Shown: positions 62,201-64,000 of the stretch, piece by piece | Layout: each line of letters begins with the position of its first letter | Numbering within the stretch: the first letter of the stretch is position 1 | NCBI GenBank assembly: GCA_030141605.1 | Contig: JAQGDQ010000088.1 | Location: 248,001 to 312,000, forward strand | Reading direction: 5' to 3' | DNA: 64,000 bases | Origin: Tubiluchus corallicola | Lineage: Eukaryota; Animalia; Priapulida | Notes under the pieces: generated by a model | Databases searched by the model: none | Told to the model about the DNA's origin: nothing | The model's input: the letters and a program-made list of their open reading frames with translations, nothing else | Made by a program: the position numbers and the translations under genes

Positions 62201-62538
62201 CATGCTCTCGAATAATCTTGTTGTGCATTTGATGCAAATTAGTGTAACGTGAAATTTTCAAATTTGATAATGATTTTTGTATTGACAGCCATACTTGGTC
62301 AAATTGATATTTAGACATTCAACACCCCCATTTGTAAGTCACATCCAGTTACTTGTGTACTAAATTGTACAATCTTTTTTGAATGTGCAAGCACATTTAA
62401 ATTACAAATTTTAAGTGTTTTACTTATTAAAAGTGAATTGATGTTAAGTTGCAGTATATTGCCTATAAGCATGTTCATGCCAAAAGATTCAAAAGATCTG
62501 TTTGTCTAAGTGAATGTTTTCTCTTACAATAAGGGGGA

Positions 62539-62731
62539 TGTTATATTTTAGGTTGATCTCAGATGAGGCTCACGTGATCAGTAGTTTCGTCTCTCTTCAC
62601 TTTTGTTTTATGCCGTAACAACCCATTTCATTTTTCTCTTATTTAACAAAGTTTTATCAGTACATACATCATTCTGTAATGTGTCTTCCTCCTCCATAAT
62701 ATAAAACGGTTTAGCTGAAATGACTCTAACA
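62539..62731 (+). mobile_element. Putative 3' LTR of the Gypsy element
   Basis: Polypurine tract AAGGGGGA (62531-62538) is directly followed by TGTTA. A matching TAACA ends at 62731; an alternative end is at ~62620. Confidence 0.55.
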
Positions 62732-64000
62732 TACAGAACTTACGGGAAAACATGACAAGCATGTGCTGTTACATTATAGGTACAATAGCTACGTACAAAC
62801 ACCTGATGTCTGTAAATGTCTGTAAATACGTGAGAAAGCGGTAATACATTTTCTACCTACATGATGTTATACCTGTAAATATTTGTGGTGGGTATCTGAA
62901 ACGGAACTGAATTCTGAAAACTGCCTTTATACAGAGTACAAGTACCATCGAGGATATGCTAACACTTTACTTGTCATTATAATTATAAAGCTAAGCATAG
63001 CATTGTCATAACAAGTATCATCAGCAGGTAAAAGTCACAATTGTAATTACCAATGTTAATAATGTACCTGTTCAAAATAAATTTTGTAATACCGAAAGTG
63101 TATAAGTCTATTTAATATCTCGTAAGTTTACAACTATCTAAACTGTGTACAAAAATTAAAAACAACTATATATAGTTGTGACATTAAAGTCGGAAAATAT
63201 TGGATTTGTATCCCCTGTAATCACACTGATTGTAAGTTTACCTGGAAACGATAACCTGAAGCACGTGTACAACAATGCACTTAAATAGCAGGTTATTTAA
63301 AAAACGGGCATAGTTATTTTCACAAGTTTTTTTTCATTTTTATTAGCACTATAAACGAACGCTTTTAATTGTCTCACCTGTAGTTATTATCTTACCGGAC
63401 AAACACAAACGCTCCAAAGATACTCTGTAGGTATATTTGTTTATAAGTTGTACAAAATTTTTAAAAAGACACGAAAACAAACATAAAATGGTAACATAAA
63501 CAAATTTTAAACTCTCGTGTGATAAAATTATTTACCATCTTATCTTTAGTTAAATTAAGACAGGTAGCACAGGTAAATAACAAAGGTACACAAAAATCAT
63601 CAAAAAGAAGTACACTGGCTATACTTGCACACAAGCAGCCAGAAAGAAAATTATACTTAATACTGTAGTACTCTCCCTAACCCTATAGCAACCAATACCT
63701 TCCTCAGTTGCTATGTAAATTTACTGAAAATTGTAACACAAACTTTGAAAGCTATTTTCTCCCAATTTTAGTTTTGATTTTTTTCGCAATCTGCTCAATT
63801 ATAAATGCTAATATCTTGGTTCAGAAACAACGTAGAGAGTTGAAACTGGTACCAAAATGATCGGGATGAACGGGAGAATAAGAGTATGCATATAACTTCA
63901 AATTGATACTTAGCGCACTATGGACGGTTTTGCTATGCACGGTCACATATTTCGAAGTTGTTTTTGCCCCTCTTCGCCCCCCCCCCCACACACACAGTGC

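Overview
AT-rich, intron-rich animal (invertebrate, plausibly lophotrochozoan) genomic DNA. I reconstructed four protein-coding genes by hand from GT-AG splice sites and reading frame. (1) SMARCD/BAF60 (+, 10 coding exons 793-10691, 5' end upstream of the window). (2) Adenylyl cyclase-associated protein CAP (+, 12 coding exons 15438-30911, 479 aa). (3) A dve/Compass (SATB-related) gene with a COMPASS domain and two K50 homeodomains (-, 6 coding exons 58977-33717, 677 aa). (4) An intact, intronless BHMT (+, 47072-48286) nested antisense inside the 17.5-kb dve intron. The main non-genic signals are a 4-kb head-to-tail array of five non-autonomous Helitrons in a CAP intron, dense TAATCC/GGATTA (K50 homeodomain site) clusters inside dve's own intron, and a decayed ~950-bp tandem copy of the dve 3' end. 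There are also TTAA-flanked Kolobok-like MITEs, a 5'-truncated LINE with a 13-bp TSD, CR1 and Gypsy remnants, and microsatellites. All calls come from reading the sequence; no database searches were run.
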